Shown here: positions 19,243 to 27,964 of the stretch, piece after piece
How the letters are laid out: each line of letters begins with the position of its first letter
Numbering within the stretch: the first letter of the stretch is position 1
Source of the DNA: Synergistales bacterium
GTDB lineage: Bacteria > Synergistota > Synergistia > Synergistales > JAFGMB01
Direction of reading: 5' to 3'
Assembly (NCBI GenBank): GCA_963666205.1
Contig: OY762654.1
Location: forward strand, 1,152,001-1,216,000
Length of the DNA stretch: 64,000 nt
Program-made: the position numbers and the translations under genes
The notes under the pieces: model-generated
What the model was told of the DNA's origin: nothing
Database searches by the model: none
Seen by the model: only the letters and a program-made list of their open reading frames with translations

Positions 19243-20247
19243 TTATCCCTGCCGTCCAACCTGTTTCAGAAATTCGTCATAGATCTTCTTTCCATTATCC
19301 GGTGCTGAATCATACCATTCCTTACGGATCTCTCTGGTTATCTCCGTAAGCTCATCAAGAAGTTCCGATGAAACGGGAACACTGATGATCCCGTTATCAT
19401 TGCACATTTTCTCCTTCTGGAGATCAAGCTCTTCCACCCTGGCCCACATGATCTTCTCCATCTCTTTCCCGGCTTCCAGTACCTTTTCCTGCATCTGGGG
19501 ATCGAGTTTGTTGAAAGCCTTGAGATTTACAGTGACAAGGTCGGTTGCAAGGGTAATATCGATCCTCTGGAAATATTTGAGGACTTCCCAGAATTTGCCG
19601 TCAACACCGGTGGGAGTAGATGTAAGGACCGAGTCTATCAGACCGGTTGCCAGAGAAGAATAGACTTCACTGAAGGGGAGAGGATAGGGTGTTGCCTCAA
19701 CTGCTTTCATGACCAGTGCACCGTTCTTGTCATAGGTCCGGGTTTTAAGACCCTTCATGTCGGTAACTGTCCTGATCTCCTTCTGGGTCCATATACCAGC
19801 AGCCGGCCAGGGAGCAATGTAAAGGATCTTCTGCTTCCATTTTTTCTCGGCCGCCTCATCAAAGTAGGGTCTACAGATATCCGCAAGCAGTTTCCCTTCT
19901 TTGAATCCTCTGACAAGGAAAGGAAGGGTGGGCATGGTGTAGAGGGGTTCATCTCCTGCCACTCCACTTGTAAGCATATCCGATACCGGCACAAGGCCAT
20001 CACGGACTGCCTTGAGAAGTTCAGGTCCCTTGTAGCCCAGGGCCCCCCCTGAATGGACCACTATCTCCAGTTGTCCATCAGTCTTTTCGGCGACCATCTT
20101 TGCAAATTCTTCCAACCCTATGGAGTGATGGTTGTTTGGAGGCCATACGGAATTAGCATCCCACTTGACAGCCTTGGCAAGAACGGGTGCTGCAAAGAGG
20201 CTTAGACACAACAATACTGCCATTACCAGAACTACTGCTTTTCTCAT
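19243..20247 (-). CDS. dctP: TRAP transporter substrate-binding protein (DctP family)
   Basis: Signal peptide from ATG 20247 (MRKAVVL..VLA); HSGGALG; DMKGLKTR; LPFSEVYSSLATGLID. Confidence 0.92.
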   Translation of the reverse strand: MRKAVVLVMAVLLCLSLFAAPVLAKAVKWDANSVWPPNNHHSIGLEEFAKMVAEKTDGQLEIVVHSGGALGYKGPELLKAVRDGLVPVSDMLTSGVAGDEPLYTMPTLPFLVRGFKEGKLLADICRPYFDEAAEKKWKQKILYIAPWPAAGIWTQKEIRTVTDMKGLKTRTYDKNGALVMKAVEATPYPLPFSEVYSSLATGLIDSVLTSTPTGVDGKFWEVLKYFQRIDITLATDLVTVNLKAFNKLDPQMQEKVLEAGKEMEKIMWARVEELDLQKEKMCNDNGIISVPVSSELLDELTEITREIRKEWYDSAPDNGKKIYDEFLKQVGRQG

Positions 20248-20605
20248 AAAACGGTTCCCCCTTCTGATTTGGAATATGTTCCATTTATTCTTTGAAGAAA
20301 CAATCAGTAACTGGTAAGAATACAGAACAAACCCACAGGATAATCCATCTTTCAACTCCGGATGGATTTTTATATCTGTCATATGAAAGGGTATTTCTGA
20401 GAGGTAAAAGATATTATTCGGGAAAAAACATAATTTTCCGACCCTTGTGCAATCATAATATCTTCATATTTAATTAAGTGCAAACGGGATTTGAATATTC
20501 TACAGATCTGATAAGTGGACTTTTCAATACAAGGTCTCTATCAGGAAGAGATCTGCCGTGTAACAGAACAGCGGAAGGAGGTCTTCTCTGTTCTTTTTTT
20601 ACGGA

Positions 20606-21199
20606 CTACATTTTTCTCAGCCGAAGTACCAGCTCTTTAATCTTTTTCAACAGGATCAGACCTGTTTCTTTCCAGTTCAAAGGTGCTTCCGGTTCCACCA
20701 GTTCATCCACCATATCTGAAAGAATCGAAAAATCCCCTGTACCCCTGATCTTTTTCCTGAAAATATCGACTTCCACGGACTCGATCCGTATCCGCTTCAC
20801 GAGCATATCCGCAGCTTCTTCCACTATCATGAGTATGCCGGGTTTATGAAAAAGGGCCGAGGCTTCTTCAAGGACCGGTTTAAGAGAATCATAGGCAGGC
20901 ATGCGGTTATAATGACGAAGGAACCTTCGAAGATGGGCCAGGGCATCCTTCCTGTCCTTCAGGCCTCCCCTGTCATCAGAATAAAAATGGTTTTCAGCCA
21001 TTATCCCGGCCATTGCAACCAGGAACTTTCTTATACCAACAGGATCAGGGTCGAAGACAAGACAGCGTCCCAGCTCGCCTTCAGAGGATGCCCTTTTCCT
21101 GGAGACATCACATCCTAGAACATCAAGACCCAGCATAAGGGCCATAACAAGATGACCTGCCTCATGAATGGCTATCCGCTTCTGATCGATCCTCTCCAC
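20606..21199 (-). CDS. Stand-alone FtsH/M41-like zinc metalloprotease domain protein
   Basis: IAIHEAGHLV; VAMAGIMAE; GGLKD (cf. FtsH AYHEAGH, GGRxAE, GASND); no AAA or TM domain. Confidence 0.65.
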   Translation of the reverse strand: MERIDQKRIAIHEAGHLVMALMLGLDVLGCDVSRKRASSEGELGRCLVFDPDPVGIRKFLVAMAGIMAENHFYSDDRGGLKDRKDALAHLRRFLRHYNRMPAYDSLKPVLEEASALFHKPGILMIVEEAADMLVKRIRIESVEVDIFRKKIRGTGDFSILSDMVDELVEPEAPLNWKETGLILLKKIKELVLRLRKM

Positions 21200-21250
21200 C
21201 CGCTTTTTTAAAAATGTTTACATTATTTTTATCTTACACCTCCAGTGGAT

Positions 21251-21286
21251 AAAAAATAAGAAGGCGGAACAGATCCGCCTTCTTCC
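21251..21286 (-). terminator. Intrinsic terminator closing the microprotein operon
   Basis: Minus strand aagaaggcgga-tctgt-tccgccttctt-atttttt. Confidence 0.8.
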
Positions 21287-21322
21287 TTAAGCACTATTGT
21301 TTATTAAAGAAGGTCTTTCAAT

Positions 21323-21520
21323 TCAAGACCATTCATCCTTTTTAGCCCTTCTCCTTCCAGGTCGCTCAGGCCTGGACCTGAAACCGGACATTCTATTCAA
21401 CGGATAATGTGGATCAATTGTTTCCCCTTCCATCCCCTCTAACCCGGCAAAGAAATCTTCAGGAAAAACATATTTATTCCCTTCGCTGTTCAGGGAATTA
21501 TTCTGTTTATATGCTTTCAT
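21323..21520 (-). CDS. Hypothetical microprotein D (65 aa)
   Basis: RBS AAGGAGAG/GGAG, ATG; last gene before the terminator. Confidence 0.7.
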   Translation of the reverse strand: MKAYKQNNSLNSEGNKYVFPEDFFAGLEGMEGETIDPHYPLNRMSGFRSRPERPGRRRAKKDEWS

Positions 21521-21559
21521 CTCTCCACTCTCCTTAAAAGGTAATTGTTCTTCAGGATC

Positions 21560-21733
21560 TTATCTATCTTTAACATTCCCTATTCTTTTAAGCTCTCCAT
21601 TCCTGGTCCTGGTGTAAATGGGTCTCTCTGGAAAACCTTTCCGGGAAACCTCTATCTTCTCAAATCCCCCTTCAGGATGCTTCCAGTAAGGCTGGCCTTC
21701 AAGATATACCAGTCTGGATCTTGCAGCAGACAT
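21560..21733 (-). CDS. Hypothetical microprotein C (57 aa; not in the ORF track)
   Basis: RBS AGGGGGG, then MSAARSRLVYLEGQPYWKHPEGGFEKIEVSRKGFPERPIYTRTRNGELKRIGNVKDR*. Confidence 0.65.
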   Translation of the reverse strand: MSAARSRLVYLEGQPYWKHPEGGFEKIEVSRKGFPERPIYTRTRNGELKRIGNVKDR

Positions 21734-21766
21734 CAAATCCCCCCTGACTTATTCAACTGACCGACT

Positions 21767-21937
21767 TCAGTTACCTTCAAAGACAGTCAAGAACCCCCTG
21801 TTACCGGTTTTCTCCCTGTAAATTTCAAGAAGGACCCTTGTATAACAATTTTCCCATATGTCTCCCCTTATTTCTTTCAGGGCCCTTGAGGATTCAAGAT
21901 ATTGTTTCTGACTCAATAGCCTGGATAACCTGTTCAT
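21767..21937 (-). CDS. Hypothetical microprotein B (56 aa), paralogue of A
   Basis: MNRLSRLLSQKQYLES.. aligns without gaps to microprotein A; RBS weak. Confidence 0.65.
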   Translation of the reverse strand: MNRLSRLLSQKQYLESSRALKEIRGDIWENCYTRVLLEIYREKTGNRGFLTVFEGN

Positions 21938-21966
21938 ATAGCAGGACTTTTCCACTTAAGGTATTT

Positions 21967-22125
21967 TCATATCTTTGAAAAAGACTTCTCTTTGCTTACT
22001 TCTTTTTCCAGGTCTTCAACAATCTGGTGAAATCTGAGGGTCCATTCGACCTCCTTCATCATTGTACGGCTCTCATCCGATTCAAGAAATGCTTTCTGCC
22101 TTTTCAGAACTTCCAATCTGTTCAT
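21967..22125 (-). CDS. Hypothetical microprotein A (52 aa)
   Basis: RBS GGGGAGG, ATG at 22125, MNRLEVLKRQKAFLES.. Confidence 0.72.
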   Translation of the reverse strand: MNRLEVLKRQKAFLESDESRTMMKEVEWTLRFHQIVEDLEKEVSKEKSFSKI

Positions 22126-22203
22126 ATGATCTGCCTCCCCTGTTATTTTTGTCAAAGTCCCTTCTGTCTACATTTTTCTCGGAAATCAAGATCCTGGAAA
22201 CAA

Positions 22204-22270
22204 AGAATAACTGCATACATAGAGGTCTTCAATAGGGGATTCCCTTAACAGGGGATAGGGATAATCTTAT
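22204..22270 (-). promoter_or_regulatory. Sigma70-type promoter with two tandem palindromic boxes (putative NarL-family regulator sites)
   Basis: Minus strand TTGAAG-17nt-TATTCT; boxes ATAGGGGATTCCCTTA (22232-22247) and ATAGGGATAATCTTAT (22255-22270). Confidence 0.55.
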
Positions 22271-22353
22271 TTGAAGGGTTAATAAAACAGCAAAAGCATC
22301 TTTGACTGCAAAGCTGCTTTCCTTTCAGAACAAATTCTATAGCAGGTGCTGTA

Positions 22354-23010
22354 CTAGGTATCGAGGTAGGTAATTCCCTCTCGCAGGGCATATTTTGTCA
22401 ATTCGGCGACGGTCTTCAAGTTCAATTTTTTCATTATGTTCTGACGGTGGGCCTCAACTGTTTTGATGCTGAGATGAAGCATTTCTGCCATTTCCTTGGT
22501 TCCCCTGCCTTCTGCTATAAGCTGAAGGACTTCCCTTTCCCTCGTTGTCAGTGGAGAGGCCACTGCATATTTATCTTCCTTATCTACAAAAGTCAGGTAA
22601 CCATCAACTATTTTCTCTGAAATGCTCGGGCTAAGACACACCTCTCCCTTCATTATGCACCGTATGGCTTTCGCGAGATCACTGAAAGCACAATCTTTGA
22701 GTATGTACCCTGAAGCACCTGCCTTGAGCATTTCAACAACATACCTGATATCCGAGTGGACAGAAAGGGCAAGGACTTTTGCCTTCCCATTCTCTTTCAG
22801 AATTTTCTGAGTAGACTCTATACCATTAAAACCAGGCATTATGACATCCATAACCACTACATCCGGGGAGAATTTTCTTAACAGGTTAAAGGCATCTCTT
22901 CCATTATCCGCTTCTGCTATGACCTTCATATCGGGCTGCTGGTCAAGAAGTGTTTTGAGCCCCTCCCTCAAAAGGTTATGATTATCCACAAGAATTATCT
23001 TTATGGTCAC
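22354..23010 (-). CDS. NarL/FixJ-family response regulator (REC + LuxR HTH)
   Basis: VVMDVIMPGFNG; GASGYILK; LTTREREVLQLIAEG; KTVEAHRQNIMKKL. Confidence 0.93.
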   Translation of the reverse strand: MTIKIILVDNHNLLREGLKTLLDQQPDMKVIAEADNGRDAFNLLRKFSPDVVVMDVIMPGFNGIESTQKILKENGKAKVLALSVHSDIRYVVEMLKAGASGYILKDCAFSDLAKAIRCIMKGEVCLSPSISEKIVDGYLTFVDKEDKYAVASPLTTREREVLQLIAEGRGTKEMAEMLHLSIKTVEAHRQNIMKKLNLKTVAELTKYALREGITYLDT

Positions 23011-24867
23011 TTATTCTCCCCCCCAGACCTGATCATCGACAGGCAAAGATATGGTGACCATGGTACCCCGGCCTTTTCTGGAGGATATCTCCAGATTTCC
23101 TCCGATAAAATGAACCCTCTCCCTTATACTGAATAACCCGAAGGAGGGAGAATAACCAACATTTCTGATCATCTCTTCCATATCAAAACCTTTGCCTCGA
23201 TCTTCAACTTCCAGGATGACCTGGTCTCCGTCAAGATAACTCCTTATGAACACCTCCCCTACCCCCGCATGTTTAATGACATTCATGAGAAGTTCTTTCA
23301 AGGATCTGAAGAGGAAAGCTTTTTTATCTTCACTCATGGGTTTTACCTGACCATCATCCTCATATTTCACTCTCAAGGAATGATCTGAGAACATTTTATC
23401 GCCCAGCCACCTGACAGCAGGCTCAAAACCCAGCTCATAAAGAATGGGGGGGCTTACCTCGAAAAGGAAATCCCTGGTGAAGGAGATAACCTGATCCAGA
23501 TCTCTGACAATTTCCGCAACCCTTTCTTCCAGTACGGGATCCGAAATCAGTTCTCCCAGGATTGAACTCTTGATCTTGAGAAGGGCAAGGTTCTGCCCGA
23601 TGCTATCATGGATCTTTTCGGCAATACTCTTTCTCTCCCTTTCTTCCGCTATATCGAGCTCCGAAGCCATATCCCGCAGTTTTTTCTGATAGATCTCAAG
23701 CTGCTTTTGGGATCCCTTTCTAAGAGTTATATCAACCAGATTTGAAATAACGAACTGCAGCTTATGATTTTCATAAACAGGGTATGCGTGAATCTCTGCC
23801 CATATCTGGTCGCCATTCCTGTTCTGAAACCTGCATTCAACCTTCTCTATTCCGGAATCGAAGGCCTGAAGAAAATATTCCCTGGTATCTTCAATGTAAT
23901 CTCTATGCCACCATGGATAGGGCTCTTTTTTACCCAGCAGCTCTTCGGAAGAAAAACCTGTAAAGATTTCCATGGCCCGGTTTACATATCTTATGGATCT
24001 GTCAGGATCTATCACCAGGATAGGATAAGGGGCATTGTCCAGAAGGGAGGATCTGAACTTCTCACTTTTAATAAGATCTGCCTCCGCTTTTTTCCTTTCG
24101 GATATATCCCTGCATATTGCAAGGACACCAGGCTGACCCTCAAGTTCAAAAAAATGGGCACTTATCTCGGCAGGAAAGAAAGAACCGTCTTTTCTGATTA
24201 AACAGCTTTCATAAAAGGAGTGCCGGGTACTGTAAAAACTTTCAAGCAATTCCGGTATGGTAACCAACCAGTCCTCTGGTTTCACAAGCTTCCGGGCTGT
24301 TATGGAAAGGATCTCTTCCCTGGTATATCCGAACATCCTGCAAGCACATTCATTGACCTCGATAAAGTTACCCGGCATACCTGAAGGATCTATGTCATAA
24401 ATGAAGACTCCGTCCATATTACTTTCGAAAAGGGTCCTGAATTTGACCTGACTGTCATTAATGGCTTTTTGTGCCTTATTTCTCTCGGTAATGTCTCTTG
24501 CAACTGACAACACAACATTCCTGCTTCTCCAGGTAAAGACATGTGCACTTATTTCACACGGAACAAGGATACCTTTGCTGCCTACAAGATCTGTTTCAAA
24601 GGTATGATGTTTTTTGCGGAAAAGGTCCTCCATCAGAAGGGGCATTATGTCCCACTGTTCACGGGTCGAGATATTCAACACCGATAGATTCAACAGTTCA
24701 TCCCTTGAATATGAGAGCATCCGGCATGCCACATCATTGATCTCTATGAAGTTGCCCGGAAGACCATCCTTTGTCACTTCATGGAAAAATATGGCATCAC
24801 TGATGTTGTTGAAAAGTTCCCGATATATCTGGCCAGCTATTCCTCTGGAACCTTTCCCTTCGGACAC
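23011..24867 (-). CDS. Cytoplasmic sensor histidine kinase with three PAS domains (HisKA_3)
   Basis: Three PAS/PAC repeats ending RDITERN, RDISERK, VDITLRK; EERERKSIAEKIHDSIGQ; NVIKHA; DRGKGF; FGLFSIRERV. Confidence 0.92.
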   Translation of the reverse strand: MSEGKGSRGIAGQIYRELFNNISDAIFFHEVTKDGLPGNFIEINDVACRMLSYSRDELLNLSVLNISTREQWDIMPLLMEDLFRKKHHTFETDLVGSKGILVPCEISAHVFTWRSRNVVLSVARDITERNKAQKAINDSQVKFRTLFESNMDGVFIYDIDPSGMPGNFIEVNECACRMFGYTREEILSITARKLVKPEDWLVTIPELLESFYSTRHSFYESCLIRKDGSFFPAEISAHFFELEGQPGVLAICRDISERKKAEADLIKSEKFRSSLLDNAPYPILVIDPDRSIRYVNRAMEIFTGFSSEELLGKKEPYPWWHRDYIEDTREYFLQAFDSGIEKVECRFQNRNGDQIWAEIHAYPVYENHKLQFVISNLVDITLRKGSQKQLEIYQKKLRDMASELDIAEERERKSIAEKIHDSIGQNLALLKIKSSILGELISDPVLEERVAEIVRDLDQVISFTRDFLFEVSPPILYELGFEPAVRWLGDKMFSDHSLRVKYEDDGQVKPMSEDKKAFLFRSLKELLMNVIKHAGVGEVFIRSYLDGDQVILEVEDRGKGFDMEEMIRNVGYSPSFGLFSIRERVHFIGGNLEISSRKGRGTMVTISLPVDDQVWGGE

Positions 24868-25058
24868 GGAGAAGCTCCTTCCCAGGGTTTAACCCGTTTT
24901 TTATATAAATTAAGAGGCACCAAAGAGAAGATCCATGTTACTCCAGCCGAACCGATCAACCCTGAAGATGAAAGTTAATGAAAAATGTATGAAATGAAAT
25001 ACAATCATTAAAATTATCATACTTTTTAGACAATTTGTCCAGTTATATGGTATATCCA

Positions 25059-25108
25059 TTAGAACGACAAAGGGGACAGCCATTGGGCTGTCCCCTTTGT
25101 CGTTCTAA
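25059..25108. terminator. Perfect 23-bp-stem hairpin (probable terminator of the nitroreductase-isf-aldolase transcript)
   Basis: ttagaacgacaaaggggacagcc-attg-ggctgtcccctttgtcgttctaa. Confidence 0.6.
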
Positions 25109-25322
25109 ACTTCTAAATCCAGGATCTGGATATTTTCATTTCCTCAGTGAAACGTATCCCCACTTCACCTGTCTGTCAAAGGATACCTTTAAGATATTTC
25201 CAGCCCTTACTCGATGGTAAGGTAAGGATGGTTTTCTGTTATGTGTTTCAGATAACTTCCATATTTCAATGCATTATGCATATCCGAGGCTAGATCGAGC
25301 CTGACATTCTCGTCCATTTTCT

Positions 25323-26087
25323 TTACCTTGCCCTGGCCACCTCAAGTTCCTTTTTACATGCATTTCCAAGGAGAGATGTTTCAGCATTGATAGTAATATA
25401 CTGGAAACCCTGCTCTGCTCTTCTCCTGGCCTGTTCGCCATCCAGGACAAAGATACCTGCAGCCTTTCCGGCTTTCCTGGCAATGGAGACCACCCTCGCC
25501 GCTGCTTCTTCGACCTTCGGATGATAAACCTCTCCTGGAACTCCCAGAGACTGGGACATGTCAAAGGGACCAAGAAATACCACATCTACCGAAGGGACTT
25601 TCACTATCTCATCCAGAGCCTCCAGGCCTTTGATGTTTTCACACTGTGCCACCACAAGTGTTTCTTCATTCGCCTGACTGAAATAATCAAGGGCCTTAAT
25701 ATTTCCGTAATCTGCAACACGGGTGAGGGCTACTCCCCTTGTGCCCAGGGGAAAATATTTTACTGCATCGACCACTGCCTCAGCCTCTTCCCTGCTGTTG
25801 ACCTGGGGAACCTGGATCCCGTGGGCACCAACATCCAGAAGACGAAGTATCTTCGTTCTGGAATTTTCTGTGGCCCTTACGACGGGAGTCATCCCCCTGT
25901 ACTCGGCTGCACGTATAAGGGTCTGTGCAGATTCAACGGAATTAGGTCCATGCTCGGTATCAATGACAAGGAAATCAAACCCGGAAATTCCGAGGATCTC
26001 CACCAGCTCCGGTGAATTGATCATGTTAAAGATACCTAAGGCTGTTTCGCCTTCCTTCATCATTTTTTTTAGTCTGTTTTTGAACAA
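25323..26087 (-). CDS. HpcH/HpaI-family class II aldolase
   Basis: FDFLVIDTEHG; LDVGAHGIQVPQV; PLGTRG; VFLGPFDMSQSLG. Confidence 0.9.
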   Translation of the reverse strand: MFKNRLKKMMKEGETALGIFNMINSPELVEILGISGFDFLVIDTEHGPNSVESAQTLIRAAEYRGMTPVVRATENSRTKILRLLDVGAHGIQVPQVNSREEAEAVVDAVKYFPLGTRGVALTRVADYGNIKALDYFSQANEETLVVAQCENIKGLEALDEIVKVPSVDVVFLGPFDMSQSLGVPGEVYHPKVEEAAARVVSIARKAGKAAGIFVLDGEQARRRAEQGFQYITINAETSLLGNACKKELEVARAR

Positions 26088-26116
26088 CGTTATGCCTCCC
26101 GGGATTAAAAGATATT

Positions 26117-26692
26117 TTATGAATTGATCTTCTTTAAAAGCCAGGCCATGTTTCGACCAAGGTTCTTCATGGTTTCAATACCCTCTTCATCCTTTTCAAA
26201 ATCCCCGAGATCCCTGGAAAGACTCATGTTCCAGTAACTTGATCCCGGAACGATCATATTGCTGATAAAGAAAAAGTGGTTTATGGAATTAAAAACATGC
26301 ATAGCCCCGGCTCTTCTGACTGGAACAACTGAGGCACCAACCTTACGTCTGAACATCTCTCCGTTGGCCTTGGCCACGTAACCTGCCCTGTCGATGAGTG
26401 CCTTTAATTCCGGAGTAAGGTTGGAAAAATAGGTTGGAGATCCCAGAATGATTCCGTCGGCTTCAACCATTTTTTCTATACAGGAATTAATAATATCATC
26501 TTCCATGACACACCTGCCATTTTTCATGCTGAAGCAGGCGCGACATCCTGTACAACCATGGAGGAGTTCTCCTCCGACCTGAATCAATTCCGTTTCTATA
26601 CCTTCAGTTCTGAGCTCCCTGAATACCGCATGGATCATAGCAGCGGTGTTTCCATCTTTCCTGGGACTCCCGTTTATTCCTATGACTTTCAT
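26117..26692 (-). CDS. Iron-sulfur flavoprotein (Isf) / NADPH-FMN reductase family
   Basis: [10 protein letters not shown]; compact CTGCRAC-x6-C cluster motif; GSPTYF. Confidence 0.88.
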   Translation of the reverse strand: MKVIGINGSPRKDGNTAAMIHAVFRELRTEGIETELIQVGGELLHGCTGCRACFSMKNGRCVMEDDIINSCIEKMVEADGIILGSPTYFSNLTPELKALIDRAGYVAKANGEMFRRKVGASVVPVRRAGAMHVFNSINHFFFISNMIVPGSSYWNMSLSRDLGDFEKDEEGIETMKNLGRNMAWLLKKINS

Positions 26693-26718
26693 TACAATTC
26701 CTCCTTTAAATAAACTTG

Positions 26719-27222
26719 CTACCAGCTATTTTCCCAGTGCACTCTGCTCTCGTCATATCTATCAGGAGTTATTTTTTCTTCAGCAGGATATCCCAGGGAA
26801 ATGAGGCTGAAGACTTCAACATTTTCAGGAACATTCATAATGAACCCGAGTTCCTGTTTTCTCTCCTGATTCGGATGAACTCCCAGCCAGACACTGCCAA
26901 TCCCCTTATCCCGGGCTTCAAGAAGGATGTTCTCTGTTGCCGCAGAACAATCCTGAGACCAGTAACCCGGAGCTCTCTCAAGGGAAAGATCCGAACACAC
27001 TGCTATAACAAGGGGAGCTTCCCTCACCATCTGGGCATATGGATGCACATCAGCGATCCGGTTCAGGACATCCCGGTTTCTCATGACAATAAAATGCCAG
27101 GGTCTTTCGTTGACAGCTGAAGGGGCGCACATTCCTGCCCGGAGAAGATCCTCTATGATCTCCCGAGGAATTTCCCTGTCCTGGTACTTTCTTATACTCC
27201 GTCTTTCAAAGATGGCTTTCAT
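26719..27222 (-). CDS. Nitroreductase family protein
   Basis: [48 protein letters not shown] before ATG 27222. Confidence 0.92.
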   Translation of the reverse strand: MKAIFERRSIRKYQDREIPREIIEDLLRAGMCAPSAVNERPWHFIVMRNRDVLNRIADVHPYAQMVREAPLVIAVCSDLSLERAPGYWSQDCSAATENILLEARDKGIGSVWLGVHPNQERKQELGFIMNVPENVEVFSLISLGYPAEEKITPDRYDESRVHWENSW

Positions 27223-27303
27223 ATTACTGTTCCTCCCTTTATGGTCCATAATACAGCTCGTTGCTACTTAAGAAGCTTCATTCCCGGTTGACATAAATTT
27301 CTC

Positions 27304-27347
27304 CTAAGGTATATTTTATATACTTAAGTATATAAAATATACCTTAG
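27304..27347. promoter_or_regulatory. Perfect 44-bp palindromic operator with two GTATA-N5-TATAC boxes
   Basis: ctaaggtatattttatatactt|aagtatataaaatataccttag, between the divergent nitroreductase and HxlR genes; overlaps a TTGACA(27288)..TATATT promoter. Confidence 0.75.
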
Positions 27348-27430
27348 AAATGGTAGCATGGACCTGTTTTTTTACAAGAGGGAACAATTACACCATCAGG
27401 TATAGGATCAGATACCAGGAGGCGATCTGT

Positions 27431-27748
27431 TTGGCTATCACAAAAAAAGAAGATTATCCATGCCCTATTCAGGCTGTACTGGACGTTATAGGAGGTAAGT
27501 GGAAGGTCAACATTCTCTGGCATATCGGTAACGAAGTAAAACGTTTCAACCAGCTGAACCGTGAGATCCCCGCAATTACCAAAAAAATGCTTACCATGCA
27601 GTTGAGAGATCTTGAAGACAACGAAATGGTTAACCGAAAGGTGTACGCTGAGATTCCACCCAGAGTAGAATATTCTCTTACCGAAAAGGGAAGAAGCATC
27701 CTGCCCCTGCTTGAGACCATGTGTGAATGGGGGAAAACATATCTCTGA
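27431..27748 (+). CDS. HxlR/DUF24-family (MarR-type) redox-sensing regulator
   Basis: YPCPIQAVLDVIGGKWK; ITKKMLTMQLRDLE; PPRVEYSLTEKG; TTG start after AGGAGG. Confidence 0.9.
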   Translation: MAITKKEDYPCPIQAVLDVIGGKWKVNILWHIGNEVKRFNQLNREIPAITKKMLTMQLRDLEDNEMVNRKVYAEIPPRVEYSLTEKGRSILPLLETMCEWGKTYL

Positions 27749-27964
27749 TCCTTTAGATGAGCATCTTTCTTCATATCCTTCTGATATCCTCCACTATTTC
27801 CGTACCAGGGAGGGAATAGCCTTCATTGCTGAAGAAAATATCCACGGCAGAAATAAATTAAAAGAGGAAAGCGTAGCCTGAGCATTAAGGGATATCTTTG
27901 ACTTTTTAATGAAAATAGCTAACAATTTATGATGCGGAGAATAAAGATCGAAGGAGGTTTTTTC

